Below are positions 40,499 through 54,305 of a stretch of 64,000 nucleotides of DNA, one piece after another; within the stretch, counting starts at the first letter, position 1; each line of letters starts with the position of its first letter. Origin of the DNA: Guillardia theta CCMP2712 (taxonomy: Eukaryota; Protista; Cryptophyta); NCBI RefSeq assembly GCF_000315625.1, contig NW_005434635.1:124001-188000 (forward strand), given 5' to 3'. Both the position numbers and the translations under genes were made by a program. The notes beneath the pieces were generated by a model that saw only the letters and a list, made by a program, of their open reading frames with translations, was not told where the DNA came from and searched no databases.

Positions 40499-41933
40499 AT
40501 GGCGGAAGCTTGGAGAACAAGGGAGGAAGCAGGCGGAGGGTATAGGAGCCTGAAGCCCGAACGAGGGAGGATGTTCAACAGTACTGTTGCGGCAGATGTC
40601 CTCTCCGCTAACATCTCAAGGTAAGAAGATCAGATGGGACGGTGAGGGACGAAGATCAGGGGGCAGGTTGTCGGGGAGTTGTCGGGGAGTTGTATCTGAC
40701 CCTCACAAGCTATGAGATCAGATTTCTGTCTGACCTCAGGACATTAAACATCTTGACGCTCTGCACAGGCCTGTTAGGGACATCGACTGGGACCCTCCGG
40801 TTTTGTTCGACCCTCGAAGTTCAGCCGCAACGCCATCGCGCGGCCCGCTGATTGCCGAGCTCACGGTTCAAGATGTCCAGAAGCGTTTCCCTACAGCATC
40901 CATGGAAGAAATTGAGGAATTCGTCAGACTTCAGCAACAGAACATTGCTCTCTTATCGCAAATCCGTCAGAAGCGATCGGAGTACTGTCGTGCTATCCGC
41001 AACAACATGGGCGAGGTTGTCTTCACGCATACAGCTGGATCTCCAAGAACCATTCAAGAGAACGGAAAGTTCATTGTGGTCAGTCTTGCTGTTCTATCTC
41101 ACTATGAGCCAGCCATGACAAGGAACGCAGGAGAACTATGCTGGGTCCAACTTGATCAAAATCGACTGTAAGACGAAAGAGAACGTGCACATTCGAAACT
41201 GCAGGTGCGATGAGCTTGCCGATTGGTGGCAAGAGAGATTCAAGCAATGACAGGGGGGTGGATGGAACACTGAACATCAAAGTCGATGGCTTGACTAGCA
41301 ACTTGTACGTCGGTGAGTCGAGTCTTGGCTTACCACACGTCAGAAGTTCTGACAAGCTGCTGTCATGGCAGAGAACTGCACGGGAATCCGGGTCCTCGTC
41401 GAGGCCATCTTGTTTTCAGGAGCAGCTGTGGAGTGCTCTAATATCGATCTAGTGATCGGCGCGGAGGTGAGCGCGTGGGGAGGTGTCTTACACCCCTCAT
41501 TACGGCCTCTTTCCAGCTGCCAGGCTTTCTGTTGAGGAACATCCGAGGAGCAAGTTTGACTTTCTGGTGACATCCCAGTCCTTTCTTTTCTCCCTCTCTC
41601 TCTCTTCGTTGACGGCATTTCATTCCTTGTCATCAGTATCTCCCTGCCCTCTTACAACACCCTTGACTTGATTCCCAAACATCGCTCAGTGTCTTCCAGT
41701 ACTTCATCGGCATATTTCCATCCCTGTTTCTGTCTTTTTCTTCTCCTCTTTCCTCTTTCTACTCCTTCCCTCTTCCGCCATTCTCATGATTGTGATTGTT
41801 TAGTCCTGACAACATCGACGGAGCCATCGAGTCCGTTAACTGCTCGGAAGTTTCCCTTCACTGCGTCTTCCGCAACGGCTTCCTTACACTAAACACACGT
41901 CGCGATCAATGCTGCGAACATGCCCGTGTCTGA
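40499..41933 (+). CDS. CAP C-terminal (CARP beta-helix) domain protein, multi-exon; 3' end uncertain
   Basis: GKFIVENY...VHIRNC...NIKVDGLTSNLYVENCTGIRVLVEAILFSGAAVECSNI aligns by eye with the CAP_C repeat pattern. Confidence 0.6.
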
Positions 41934-42338
41934 GATGAGAATGGCAGATGATCTCGTCAACGCCAGCGCCAAGTACATCGCCACCCTCCCTTCCACCGTC
42001 TGCACTCGCATCATCCGCACGCGAGGAGAGGCGAACGCTGTGGTCAAGCACGAGGTAAGAGCATCGGTGAACGACGACGTTGACGACTGACGAGGCAGAG
42101 CAGGCAAGGGCTCGGGGGTCCATCGAGAACGACATAGAGATAGAGTGGAAGAAAAGGATGAAAGGGAAATTGAGCCAAGAGGTTTACGGGCTGTAGTGTA
42201 CAATGAAGGAAAGGAAAGAAGCAACGGATCCCTGGCAGGCACGGAGGAGGGCGAGGAAGCTACAGGTCCTCGTGAAACGAGCTCCTCCCACAGTCTGCGC
42301 ACTCAAACATCAGCATTACCCTCATACAGCCATGCGAC

Positions 42339-44786
42339 TCACTCGTGCTCGCCGTGGTGGTTCGGCTGGAAACCTCTGCTTGCAGGAGGGGAGTGACCAT
42401 CGTCTGTGATCGCTCCTCTGCCTGCGATCCTGCATCCGGCAGCGTGTCCTCGAGCTGATCCAAGCTGCATGGTAGTCACTGACACAGCAAGAACAAGGAG
42501 GGCGCTGAGCTGACTTGTAGTGGGTGGTGATGGTAAGGAAGAGGATGCCCGACGAAACTGCGACAATGGGGATGCCGACAGAAGTCTTGACAACAAGCCA
42601 GCATACTCCAACTTACAACAACAGGGTTAGAGCGCGGAGAGAAGATGGGAGTAGAGGAGGGGGAACCTGTGAGGAGCCAGCATGATGTTGCAAGGAAGAA
42701 GCTGCGTTGCAGGCTCATACGTTCCTCTCCCTCCACGCCCTTCGCGTCCTACCTCATGCACCCTATCGCCTCCCCGTTGGGGCCGAAGAGATGGAGACAG
42801 CTGCAAGACAATGCGCGGTTGAGTCACGAGAGAGGAAGGAGGAAGGAGGTAGACCCACCAGCTCGACCTGTTGGTCACCGACAAGTAGGGGATGACTTGG
42901 CTGAGGGTCGTGACCATCCCGATGACAGCGAGGAAGAAGGTAAGGGCGCGAGTGAACCTGGGCAGGTGGGGTGACAAGCCGTCTGACCTCTACCTCCTGC
43001 TCCTCACCATATCTGAGTCGTGTCGGACAATACAGCATCCAGGATCATCTGCGCAAATCTCACCGGTCGGTCTCAGTGACCTTGACAGACCTGGTCCATC
43101 GTCCGCTCTCCGTTCTCTAAGAGATACAGAACTTCTTCCGGGTTCGTGTTGGGAATTCTCCATGGACCGAAGCTGCACGCAATGCCAGGAGAGAAGGTAG
43201 ACAAGAGAGTTGAGGACAGCAGGTCAACAGAGAAGGAGATGGGGACAGGAACATTCGTAGCAAGGATCAGTGGAAGGTAACACAAGGGCAATAGTATCGC
43301 TGCGAACCTCGAATTGCCATTCTGCATAGCCAACACTGAAGCAAAGTCCGTCTTATACACCACGTACGACAGCCGAACGTCTCCTGCCGCTCCTTTCATC
43401 CAACGACGAGCGCAAGACTTACTCGCCCCGCATTACCTACAGCATCCTGAGAGTTCGCCACACTCCGGTTGACCAGGTTCAAGAAGTGCATGTAAATCCC
43501 GTTGATCCGCACGTCCTTGCCGCACACTTCGCTCTTGACCTGCTTCTCCCCCCTCGACGATTTCTCTGTCACACTCGGCGTATCGCAGATCGGCCTTGGG
43601 ACTTGAGGCTCTCCAGCCTGGTGGAGGAGACAAGGATAAGATAACGCGGGAGGAAAGAGGAGGAGGAAGCACCAGGTTGATCAGCTCCTGGTTCAATCTG
43701 AATCCTCCTGTCATTCATGCAGTCACGCTAGCAGCCTTCGGGTTTCAATACAACGAAAAACCGAATCGGAGGTTCGTCGCTCGTCCCACTTCGTTCAGCC
43801 CCATTTTCTGCGGCCCATCCCTCCACCAGCTTCGCTTCTCCGTCAATCTTCTTCCCACCACACCTCATCTTACCTCTGTTGCGTGGGATCTGGATTCGTG
43901 CAGGGAAGGCCGTTGTTGTACTTGATGGCACAGCTCGTCGGGCTGGTTTGCAAGTGAGCTAGGAGAAGGACGAGAGCGCAAGGCAGACCGGACGAAGGAA
44001 GAGTCGTCAACCAGCTGTGAGGTAAGAATGCCAATCAAGTAAGCAACTTTGAGGAACCGGGCTCTCGTGTCACCAACCTGCGCAGACCACACTTTCTTGT
44101 ATCGATACTCCTGCGATCCACACTCACTTGACGGAATGGGGAGCAGAGGGGATGGGCAAAGATAGCATGTCTCAGACGCTTTCCGTACATCGAATGTCAT
44201 CGTTCCGCCATGGACGTAGTCAGCCCTCGACTTTGTCGTGATGGTCTCTACCCATTGATACATCTGTGAGGATTCCAGTCAGAACTGTCCGAGAGCCTCC
44301 GAGATTCTATGTCACCTCCACCAATCTCTCGATTCTGATTCCCGTCACGTCGTTGTCAGGGAGCAGGCGCAATCCCGGCTGGTTCCCAAAGGCTGAGAAG
44401 TTGGAAAGGTAGCAGGTCCTGGGGCGCAACTCATGCACTGGTGCGAGAGCAAGATGCTCGTAGGCTTCAACGATCGCAAGACGAGCATCATCAGAGGGGA
44501 TCGTAACGTACGTGTGAAGCAGTTTCCCGACGTTCTCCTTCGATGGTAGACAACTTGATTCCACTGCCGCAGACTGCCATGCATAGATGAGAGGGAACGA
44601 CCGGCCCTGCTTCACACGGGAGCGCTCGCAGCTAGTCGCCTCATACCTGGGCTATAAAAAGAGCCCTGAGAGCTTCGAAGTTCCTGACTTCGTTGTATGC
44701 TGCCAGCGATATCGACACGATCAACAAGATCAGCCCTGGCATGGCATGAGCTCCAGTCCACAATGTCTCATTTACCCACCGGACAT
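42339..44786 (-). CDS. TMEM43: TMEM43/LUMA (DUF1625) family membrane protein, multi-exon
   Basis: TM-AYNE...AL, NVGKLLH, RLVEMYQWVE, YRYKKVW..LVDDSSF, GDVRLSY and C-terminal TM helices. Confidence 0.8.
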
Positions 44787-45134
44787 CAACGCGATCGCGT
44801 TTATCCTACAGGCAGAGAGTCAGAGGCGGCTCATCGACCATAGAGGAGAAGTTCGACCTCCCGTCGTCCCTCCTCCCCAAGGAGAAGAAGCTCCCTCCGT
44901 CGTCCGATGCACGCGTGGTGGCTCGCGATCGCCTCCCAGCTTCCAAATCCGAGTCTCGGCTCCTAACAGAGTGCGCCCTCCTCTCTGTCTCATCTCCCCT
45001 CCTCCCTCCTCCCCCTTCTGCCCCCCTCCTCCCTCTTCCTCCCCCCTCCTCCCTCTCCTCACTTTCTGTCGCCTCCTCTATCTCCATACTGCGACCTCCA
45101 CACACGTCTGGACCGCGATTGTCGGCAGACCATT

Positions 45135-45360
45135 TGACCCCCGGGCTCAGGCTCCCCGGGCAGCTCCCCGGCCCGGGCCCGCCCGCCGCGCGGCCCGCCG
45201 CGCATGCCGTGGGCGCCGCGGCGTCCTGGCCGGCAGCCTCAGTGCAGCAGTCACGGAGCGGAGTCAGACACTGGGAGTCACACTTGCCGCCGCACGGCGC
45301 CGCACGGGCCGCCCGGCGGACTCCGGCCACGGCGCGGCCCGGGCCGGGTACACGGTAGCC
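45135..45360. repeat. GC-rich palindromic island
   Basis: Same word composition as the other islands. Lies in the divergent TMEM43/HMGS spacer. Confidence 0.6.
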
Positions 45361-46022
45361 TAGTAGGAGTCTCAGATGAGACTACTACAGTCCGAGTGAT
45401 AATGAGGGGGATGATTCATGGGGGTTTATCTATGATGGGGTAGGGGTGTATGGGAGGGGTATATTCGACTATCAAAAAAGGGGTACATGGTATGAATGTA
45501 GGGTGAAATGGGAGGACATCAACGGGGGGTGGTAACGAGGTCCCCTTATGCGTAGCACGCGCTTTCATGGCACAGAAGAGGAGGAAGGGGACGGAGCAGG
45601 GGGAGGGGAAGGAGGAGGGGGAGGGGGAGGAACGATGACGAGCCAATGGATGCGCACGAAGAAGGAACGAAGCAGGAGAGAGAAGGGGGATGAGGTAAGG
45701 TGGGAAGTGGGGACGGGCAAACAGAGGGGAATGGTGGGAAGGCGTGAAGGAAGGAAAGGGAAGCAGGTGCGCAGCGAAAAAGATATCAATGTCATGGATC
45801 GAGTTTGCTGTTGCAAAGAGTCAAGAAGAACGATTTTCAGAGTGGAAACGCTCAGCGAATCCGTGAAGCTAGAAACAAGTCATGCAGTTTCTTCGCTACA
45901 GCAATTTTTTAAATGAGCTAGAACTAGATCAAAAAGCAAGAGAATGTCTGGCTGTAAGAGATCTCGAGCTTTGATCGAGACACCTACATCTTCTCCAAGA
46001 GATGACCTTGCTCTTCAGCAAC

Positions 46023-48654
46023 ATGACCATCCCAAGAGATGATCCGGAGGCCTTCGTCACTGCCGAATCTTCCAAGGTACTGAGTGAGTACCTCGAGGTA
46101 CCCCCGTTGAGCCCTTGCCCTCACGTCAGATGGTCGGCATTATCGGCATGGAGATTTACTTCCCCCGAACTGCCGTGCGGCAATCTGAGCTGGAGAAGTG
46201 AGTCGAGTCAGGGGCATACACGCGTTGACTCGTGCGGCAGATTCATGGGTGAGAAGGAAGGGAAGTTCACCATCGGCCTGGGGTCTGTCATGCTGACCTT
46301 GATCGAGGACGGTCTCACGATATGCGCACAGACAACAAAACATGGCCTTCTGCAACGATCTGGAGGACATCAACTCCGTTTGCATGACAGCCGTTGCGGT
46401 ACGTCGCCAATATGGTTGCGGGGTGATGGACCTCAAAGGCGCGCAGAACTTGCTCGAGAAGTACAACATCGCTCCGACTGACATCGGGAGGCTGGAAGTT
46501 GGCACAGAGACTCTCATTGACAAGTCAAAGTCCGTCAAGACCAGCCTGTGATCGCTCTTGCCTTCACCCTCTGCGTTAGGGCTGACAAGGGGGCCTGCAG
46601 GTGCCAGCTGTTCAACTCCCATGGGAACTTTGACCTCGAAGGAGTTGACAACATCAACGCTTGCTATGGAGGAACGGCTGCCTTGCTGAATACCATGTAG
46701 TTGCCCGTTTTTGTGCCGTGTACATTTTCTGACTTGTTTCCTTTGACAGCTCCTGGGTTGAGAGTTCTGCATGGGATGGACGGTATTCATCGTTTGCTTC
46801 CCCATGCCATCCTGTCTTGAGCTGACTCTCGCTTTCCTTCTCCCCTTCTCCTGCTCTCCTCGTCGCTCCTCCTCCCAGCTACGGCCTGGTTGTTTGTGGA
46901 GACATTGCAGTGTACGAGGAAGGTCCGGCTCGTCCGACAGGCGGGTGTGCGGCAGTCGCCATGCTCATCGGGCGCGATGCTCCTCTTGCCATGGGGTCGA
47001 TCCGTGCCAGCCACATGGAAGACGCTTACGACTTCTACAAGCCCAAGTTGGACAGCGAGTATGAGATGAGCGCTGTTGCTGAGGAATCGAGCCTGACGTG
47101 TGGTGTAGGTACCCCACTGTGTTTGGACAGGAGAGCAACGTATGCTACTTGCGCGCTCTCGATGGTATTTGCACTTGCCTTTCTGCACGCTGTGTGTTTG
47201 GTGTTGCTTCCATGTCTGAAACCTGTCATCTCTTCGTTTCCCTCCCCCTCTGCGACAGACAAGAAGTTTGTGTCTCCAACACACTTTCATTTCAGCCCGT
47301 CTCGCTCCTGCTCATCCCATACTGCTCAGGTTGTTATCGAAGGTTCGCATTGAAGTACGAGAGCGCCAACAAGACTCCTTTCAACTTGGGACAAGTTGAC
47401 TCAGTGGTCAGTCTCAGTCCCTCGTCTGTTCCCTGTCCTCATCTCCGCCACAAGTTCTTCGTGCCCTCCTTCCTGCACGTGCTCCTTCCCGTTCTTCCTT
47501 GTTCAGTTACCTTGTCGACTCTTGTCAACTTATGTCACCCTCCAAGGTGCTTCACTCCCCGTACAACAAGCTCGTCAAGAAGTCGGGGGCCCGCATGCTC
47601 TACAACGACTTCCTCCGAAACCCCGACCTTCCAATCTTCAAGAAGAACGGCGAGAAGAGGAGCTGGAGGAGATAGTCACTGACTGGCTGAGCAGAGAAGG
47701 ATCTCGAGCCTTTCAAGAAGCTGCTCCCAGAGAACACTTATGACAACAAGGAGCTTGAGAAGACCTTCATCGAGCTTGCCCGACCCATGTGATTCCCCTT
47801 CCCCCCGTCTCTGAGCCTGCACACCTGCTCATTCCCTCCTCTTAGGTACGCTGCCAAGGTCGAACCGTCCGTCCTGCTCCCTCAGGTTTTCTCCGCCTGC
47901 TCCTCGAGGCTCCGCTGACTCTTGAGTGAAAAGGAGCTCGGCAACTCCTACACGGCCTCCATGTACACAGGCCTCCTCTCCCTCATCCACAACTGGCACA
48001 AGCCCAAGGCTGGGGCGCAAGTGGACACGGAAGAGCAGGCCAAGGGCAAGCGTGTCCTCATGTTCAGCTATGGCTCCGGTCTGGCCGCCACGCTCTACAG
48101 CATCCAAGTGGCAGGAGCCACCGGCCACATCGCGCAGGCAGCGTAGGTTCAGGCGGGGAGAGGAGGGGACTGGCTGACCCCATCTGCCGCAGGAACTTGG
48201 AGGAGAGGCTGAAGGAGAGGAAATTTGTGTCCCCGCAAGAATTCACCGAGACCCTCAAGGACAGGTGCGTCCGCTCCCTGCCGCCTCATCCTGTCCTCCC
48301 CAACTCTCCCCATCCTCTTCCTCTCCCTGCTTTTCCTCCCCTCCCCTACTTCTCCTCCTCTTTCCTTTTCAGTGTTTCACGCTGCTGCAGGGAGACAAAG
48401 TACGGGAAGTTCGACTGGTCGCCCGAGGGAGACCCTTCGGAGCTCTTTCCTGGAACCTACAGGCTGACTAAGGTGAGGACCTGAGTTCGAGATTCGTGAA
48501 GATCATGAGGATATGCCAGGTGGACAAGCATGGGAGGAGGTCGTACGAGCGAGTCCCCGTCTCTCCGTTCCGTGAGTACACACGAGCTGCGTATATCGAC
48601 TACTCACCCGGAACTCTTGCAGGCACGACGATCAATTTTGGGAAGCAAGCGTGA
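46023..48654 (+). CDS. HMGS: Hydroxymethylglutaryl-CoA synthase (mevalonate pathway), many exons
   Basis: [58 protein letters not shown] and FSYGSG. Confidence 0.95.
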
Positions 48655-48935
48655 GTTCACTAGTCTGTTGTGCTCTGTTGTGCCCTTCTCGTCCCTTCTG
48701 TTTGTTTGTTTTCTGACTGCAGTTGTTGTGGCAGCATTCATTCGCGTATGCCGTCTCGGTCATACCACTCCTCCTCTTCGGTTGCCCTCCATGCAGGCTC
48801 AAAGCTGCTCGCAGCGGCATTGCGGTCACGACGTTTTTTTAAAGTTTGAGACTATGCGAATGTACTGTGCCTATGTTGTAAACAACAACTATCAAGCGAT
48901 GACTGTGACGTCACGTATCATGGCTAACCCTACCC

Positions 48936-49681
48936 TCATTTATTTGCAATCATAGTCAGAACCCCCTGCTGTCCGAGGAAAATTTCACGGATGAAACTCA
49001 GGACGCCATAGAGAACAATCTTTCGAGACAGAATCAGTGACTTGTAAGACACAGAGCATTTTCTCACAGGACTGATGTCAACACCAAAGAGAGGCGGAAC
49101 TGCCAGCCGAACAAGCTTGCAGAAGGGTTCTGTCGGCCTGAGACAACGTATGGATGAGGAAAAGGTAGAGTTTCCAGATAGCGAGGCGATCACACAAGAC
49201 GGCATGCGAGAGGAGAGAACAAACAAAACGACATGTGTGCATACCAGGCAACGATGTTCTGAGGAAACTGGTTGAGATCCATTTGCGGGTACCACGTGAG
49301 AGGGATTCGAAGGAAGAAGAGGAGCGAGAACAGCGCGAGACCGATGTCCAACGATGACCTGGTTGGCTCGAGCCACTCCGGTGCAGCCGCAGAAGCGGCG
49401 AGGGGGAATGCCGTCAAGATCGATGCGATCACAACCGTGGAGGGCATGCTGACACGACTCTCTGCGCTCCTGGTATCCCCCCCGGTCCTCTCCTGCATCC
49501 TCAAGCGGAAAGCCGACGACTCCCGTGCGAGCGAAACAGGAAGAGATCGAGGAGAGGAGGAGAGGTGCCGAGCAGATCCGAGCGACATTGCCGGTTGCAT
49601 CGAGAAGCCGCTCACTCCCTGTCCTCCTCCCACCGCAACTGCTGCCACCACCATCACCACTACCCTTACGGCCGCCACCAT
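48936..49681 (-). CDS. CCB3: Plastid YGGT-family protein (CCB3-like) with bipartite targeting presequence, 3 exons
   Basis: Signal peptide ending VSG-F plus transit peptide. LRIPLTWYPQ...PTEPF...VPPLFGVDISPIV...EIFLGQQGVL. Confidence 0.8.
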
Positions 49682-49824
49682 GGTCCTTGTATGTATTGTG
49701 ATCCTCATCCCCCCTCACTCCCCATCCTTGGTGGAGACCCGCATCCCCCCTTAGACCATAGGGCAGATCGGGGGATGAGGGGCAGGACGAAAGGTCTTCT
49801 ACAGCTAGCCAGTGCCAGTTGGAT

Positions 49825-52800
49825 ATGGCGAGCGGCGGGGAGGTGAAGGTATGTGGGCTGGGGATGAAGGTAGAGCGCGATGGGCACGGGAACATCGTGA
49901 TCCGAGGACTAGCACCAGGAGGTCCGGCGGATGCGAGCAGGAAAGTGAGGGAGGGAGACATCATCTACTCCCTCACCAACAAGAAAGTGCACGTCTTCAA
50001 CAAGACCACCACGCTCGAGTACGTGAAGAAGAAGATCATGGGGATGCCCAAGTCCAAGTGCAGACTTGTCCTCATTCGAAATGGTGAGAAGATCAATGTC
50101 GAGCTGACCCGTGGGGGGTTCGTCATGCCGTCGATGGGCGACTCTTCCACCGTTCAATCTTCTACCTCAGCGCGAAGCCTTCAGTCCAGCCTTTCAAGGC
50201 AGCAGCCAAGTGCACCGACACGAGAAGCGACGGTCACACACAATAGGACTATAACCCATACAGCCTCGAACACGCGTATCCCCGTTGCGTCAACCGTTAC
50301 GCAAGCTACAGTCATACGAGGACTGCCTGTCGATACGTCCCGGAACTCAATGGCACGGAACAAGCCGATCCGAGAGGCCACGAAGGAGGTGCCTTACTGC
50401 GGGATCGGGATCGAGTTTGTCAGGAGCAAGTTTGGGTGCACGGTCGTCTCCGTCAAGGAGGGAAGTGCAGCGGATGCGGTAGGAACGATCGACGTCGGGG
50501 ATTGCTTTCTCAAGGTGGATGGCAAGGACGTCGCAAACATGTCCTTGTCCGACATCCGGAAGCTGCTGCTGGGCCCTGTGGGAACGATGGTGAGGATCAC
50601 CATTCTCCGCAAGAGGTTGAACTGGGCGATGCAAGAGATTTGTCTGTCTCGCTACCCGACGAGGGAGCGTGCCTTCCAGCCGACCATGACCCACAAGATG
50701 GCGACCAAGACAGGCGCCTTACAGGCGTTGCCTGCCGAGAGAGGAAACGGGGATGGAGATCAGATGTCCTCTTCACGCGTCTCTGTCCAACTCGCCAAGA
50801 CCGTGTTGGCCCAGAAGCTCCCAGCACAGGACAAATCCGATGTCGACGAATTGGCGAAGAAGTTTTCTATACGAGCCTCGACGATCTTGTCGAAGCAGCT
50901 TGCTCTGACACAGAGACGCGATCTGGCATCAAAGGCAAAGAACAGAGTAAGCGCTCGGTATATGTCGAAAGCTCCGAAACCAGCTGGATCACCGCCAGAG
51001 CTGTGGAGCAAGACTTCACACCCTTCCAAGGACGGATCGAAGGAATCAGCGCAGACCTCGACTGAGAACTCGACGATAGTAGCGGAAAAGCTGCACAAAG
51101 TTGAACAATTCGAGTCGACTCTTGTTGGTCCCAACAAGGGCACAAAGACGAATTCAGAGGGGAAGGAGGGGAAGCGCCCTGCGGTCAAGGACGTTCCGTT
51201 GAAACATGACGCTGTTAGTCATGACGAAGAATCCATGGTCTTTGAAAGTGGTTTCAACGAAGTTTCGAGAGAAAGTCTATTGAGAAACGATGAGAAAGTA
51301 GCGAGGGAGCTGCAGGAATTTTATACAAAGTTAGACCAAGAATCTGAGAAGGCGGCCGAATCTAAACCAGCGTCAAATGTCGAGCAAAATATCAACGTAC
51401 CAGAATCGAAGATTGTGAGTCAACAAGAAATGCCTAAGTCTCCTGCTGGAGTGGTAGCTGGAGTTGTGAGCGAAGTGGAATCAACCTTGCAAGGCACCGT
51501 TGACAGCTCTGAGGGGCATCGACAATCGAGTGAAGCAGACCAGTCACAGGAGCCGACTGCTCCTGATTTGCTTGACATCCGGTCGCCTGAAGCAGAAGCT
51601 AAGGAGGATACATCTGCCGTCGAAGCAGGTACTCATGCCTTGCAGCATATTTCCACAGCTGATACTCAGCCAGTTTCTGACTGTTGCTTTGTAGGAGTTG
51701 GAGAGGGGGTGGAAGAATCGAAATGGTACCAGTTCGTCGATGATGACACACAACAAGTCTATTATTTCAGTCCCGTTACCGAGGAATCGGTTTGGGAGCT
51801 ACCTCCTGGAGGAATCATCATACCCTATGAGGAGGAGGAGGAGGAGGAGGAGGGGGAGAGCGAAGAGCGTGCGCTCGAAGAAAATCTGTGGGTACGTGAG
51901 CAGCTGGGTGTTCACAAGGGTCGATCTGATCGCTGACGCAGCAAGCCCACACCGAGACCAGTGTCGAGGAGGAGACCTCATCGTCCAGCGATGAGACTGA
52001 TGAGGAGGCGGATGAGAAGGCGGATGAGGAGGAAGCGCCGGCTGCGTTCTCCCTGATGACGCCACACACCGACTCGAACGTCGGCGATGACGAGCTGGGA
52101 ATCCATCTGGGAGACGAAACTTCGCATCCTCCGCTCGCCGAAGTGAAGCCGCTTCCTGAAGTAAGTCTGCTGCTGCCGCCTGCTGAGCTGACTATCCTCC
52201 AAGGGCTGGGAGATCCTGATCGACGATGACAGCGGTTTTGAGTACTATCACAACATGGACACAGGGGAAGTGCAGTGGGAGCACCCGGGGAATGAAAAGA
52301 AGGAGGAGTGCGAGCTCGGAGGTGTGAGTGAGGAGATCGCGCGGAAGTCGCTTGCGATCCTGGGACAACCGGACGAAGAGGATATCTCACATGCGTACAA
52401 GGAGCTGACAGATCTAAAGGTCTTCACAGCAGATATTCATTCATATAATCTTCCCTCTGACCGGCCTCTACCCACCACCACCCCCACCACAAACCTTCCC
52501 GTCCTTATTCCTTCGTCTCATACTCATTCCTACCGTCTCTCCTTTTGTGCCTCTCAACCATCTTGTATTCCCTCACTTCCACTTGCAGGCGTTCATGTCC
52601 AAAATCGTCCTCGGAAATGATTTCTCGGGAGGGACCAACGGTGACAGCCCGGCCCTCACGATCTCGCTCGCCATCACCAACTTGGCCTCTGCGACGTTTG
52701 GCCAGCTCAACCGCCTGCAGGTCGCCGGCAGGAATGCTCGCAGGGTGAGCTGACGCTTCGTGGACAGCCTGTAGGGAAGGCGGTGGAAACCAAGTGGAAG

Positions 52801-54305
52801 AAGGAGATCGAGTGGCTGCTGCTCCCGGTTCAACAGATCGTCGTGCTCGAGCCTGTAGTGAAGGTGAGGACAGGAGGTACGAGCGAGGACTTGTGACCGC
52901 TTCCCTCCGCAGATCCTTCCGGATGGCTCGAGCGTGGAAGTGATGCAGCAGCAAGTCAGGAAGGACATTCGCACCATGCTCCCTCAGCTCCTTGCATGTG
53001 ACTCCACTTTGTTCGAGGTCTGGCTTTTGGCTCCTTCGTCTCCCTCTCCCTTCTCTCCTGACCATCTCTGATCCATCTCTCACGCGTCTCCTCCCCTTGC
53101 ACGCGCTCTCCTCACTGTATCGGTGCAAGATCATGTCGAGATTCTGCGAGGAGGACATCAAGATCTCGTGGAAGAAGAGTCAGCCGGGCCAACAGGTGTG
53201 TTTGCCAGCGGCGAAGGAGGAGGAAGTGACATCATCCGGCAGACAACTGCAACTGGCAGCGACCAATGGTGGGTCGACACCCCCGTCGTCCCCAAACCAC
53301 TTGCGTCCCATCTGGCTGAGAGCCTTCGCTCGTGTATCTACCAGACCAACGAAATCCTATCCAAGGTGAGGAAGGGGGGGGTGAGCAGGCAGCCGCAGCC
53401 TCCTGGTTGCTGTTAAAAACTTTTTCCTGCACACGTGGAGGTCTCATCGTCTCAGTTTCCATCCTCGTGCAGGCGCGAGAGATGAACGTCGATGTGATTT
53501 CTCGGATGAAGGTCCCAACGGTGAACTCGCCGTGCCCTTGCCTCCTCTACGGCTTGACTCCCCTCGTTCCGCAGAACTACTTGAGCTCCCTCCCGGACAA
53601 CGCGGCGCAGGTGACGCGCCCGCTCGCGCACTGCTGGGGTTGTGATGGTACGGAAGATTGTGGGGAAGGAAGTTTCCAAGATGCTGAAGAAGAAGTCGAC
53701 CAAGGACTGCGAGACTTTCCTGTCAAAGTGAGCTCGCGGAGGTCCTCCCCCGCCCTCACGAGGAGCTGCAGGTGTGACATCCTCGACGGCTTGCAAGTAT
53801 CGTCCATGATCGGCCAGTTCCAAGACATCGCGCTGATCTGGGACCAGAAGGCAAGTCTCTCTCGCTCTCTCATGCTCGCTCTCCCCCCTGACGCAGTCTG
53901 GCAGCTGCAGGCGACCCTGAAGAAGAAGGCCGAGACCAAGGTCACCGACATGCTCATGTTTGCCAAGGACGCCAAGGACCTCGAGAGAGGGAGGAACAAC
54001 GCCCTCCACCTCGCTCAGGTGCGTCAGAGCAGCTGCTCTCTCGAGTCCTCATGCCAGCCTCAGATCCTCCGGCTCGCGCATCCCGAGGCTCCGCAGACAC
54101 GGCTGGAAACCTCTCAGATCAAGGAGAACCTCGACGTGAACCTTGTGCTCTCGCCTCCCCACACGTTGTGATCCTCCTTGTCCAGGTCGGTCTCTCTGCC
54201 CTAGAGGCCCTCAGCCGCGTCTTGGAAGGAAGAGCCTCTGCCATCTACGGCCATCTCAAGAGGATCTGCCAGCAAGCAGACGCTCCTCACCTGCTCAGTC
54301 AGTGA
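49825..54305 (+). CDS. PDZ-PDZ-WW-WW-PRONE (RopGEF-type) protein, multi-exon
   Basis: PDZ: CGLGMKV...GGPAD and CGIGIEF...GSAAD..IDVGD..KVDG. WW: WYQF..YYF..SVWELP and GWEIL..YYHN.TGEVQWEHP. PRONE: KIVLGNDFSGG..ALTISLAITNL..FGQL, WKKEIEWLL, WWVDTPVVP, DVGLSALEALSRVLE. Confidence 0.85.
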
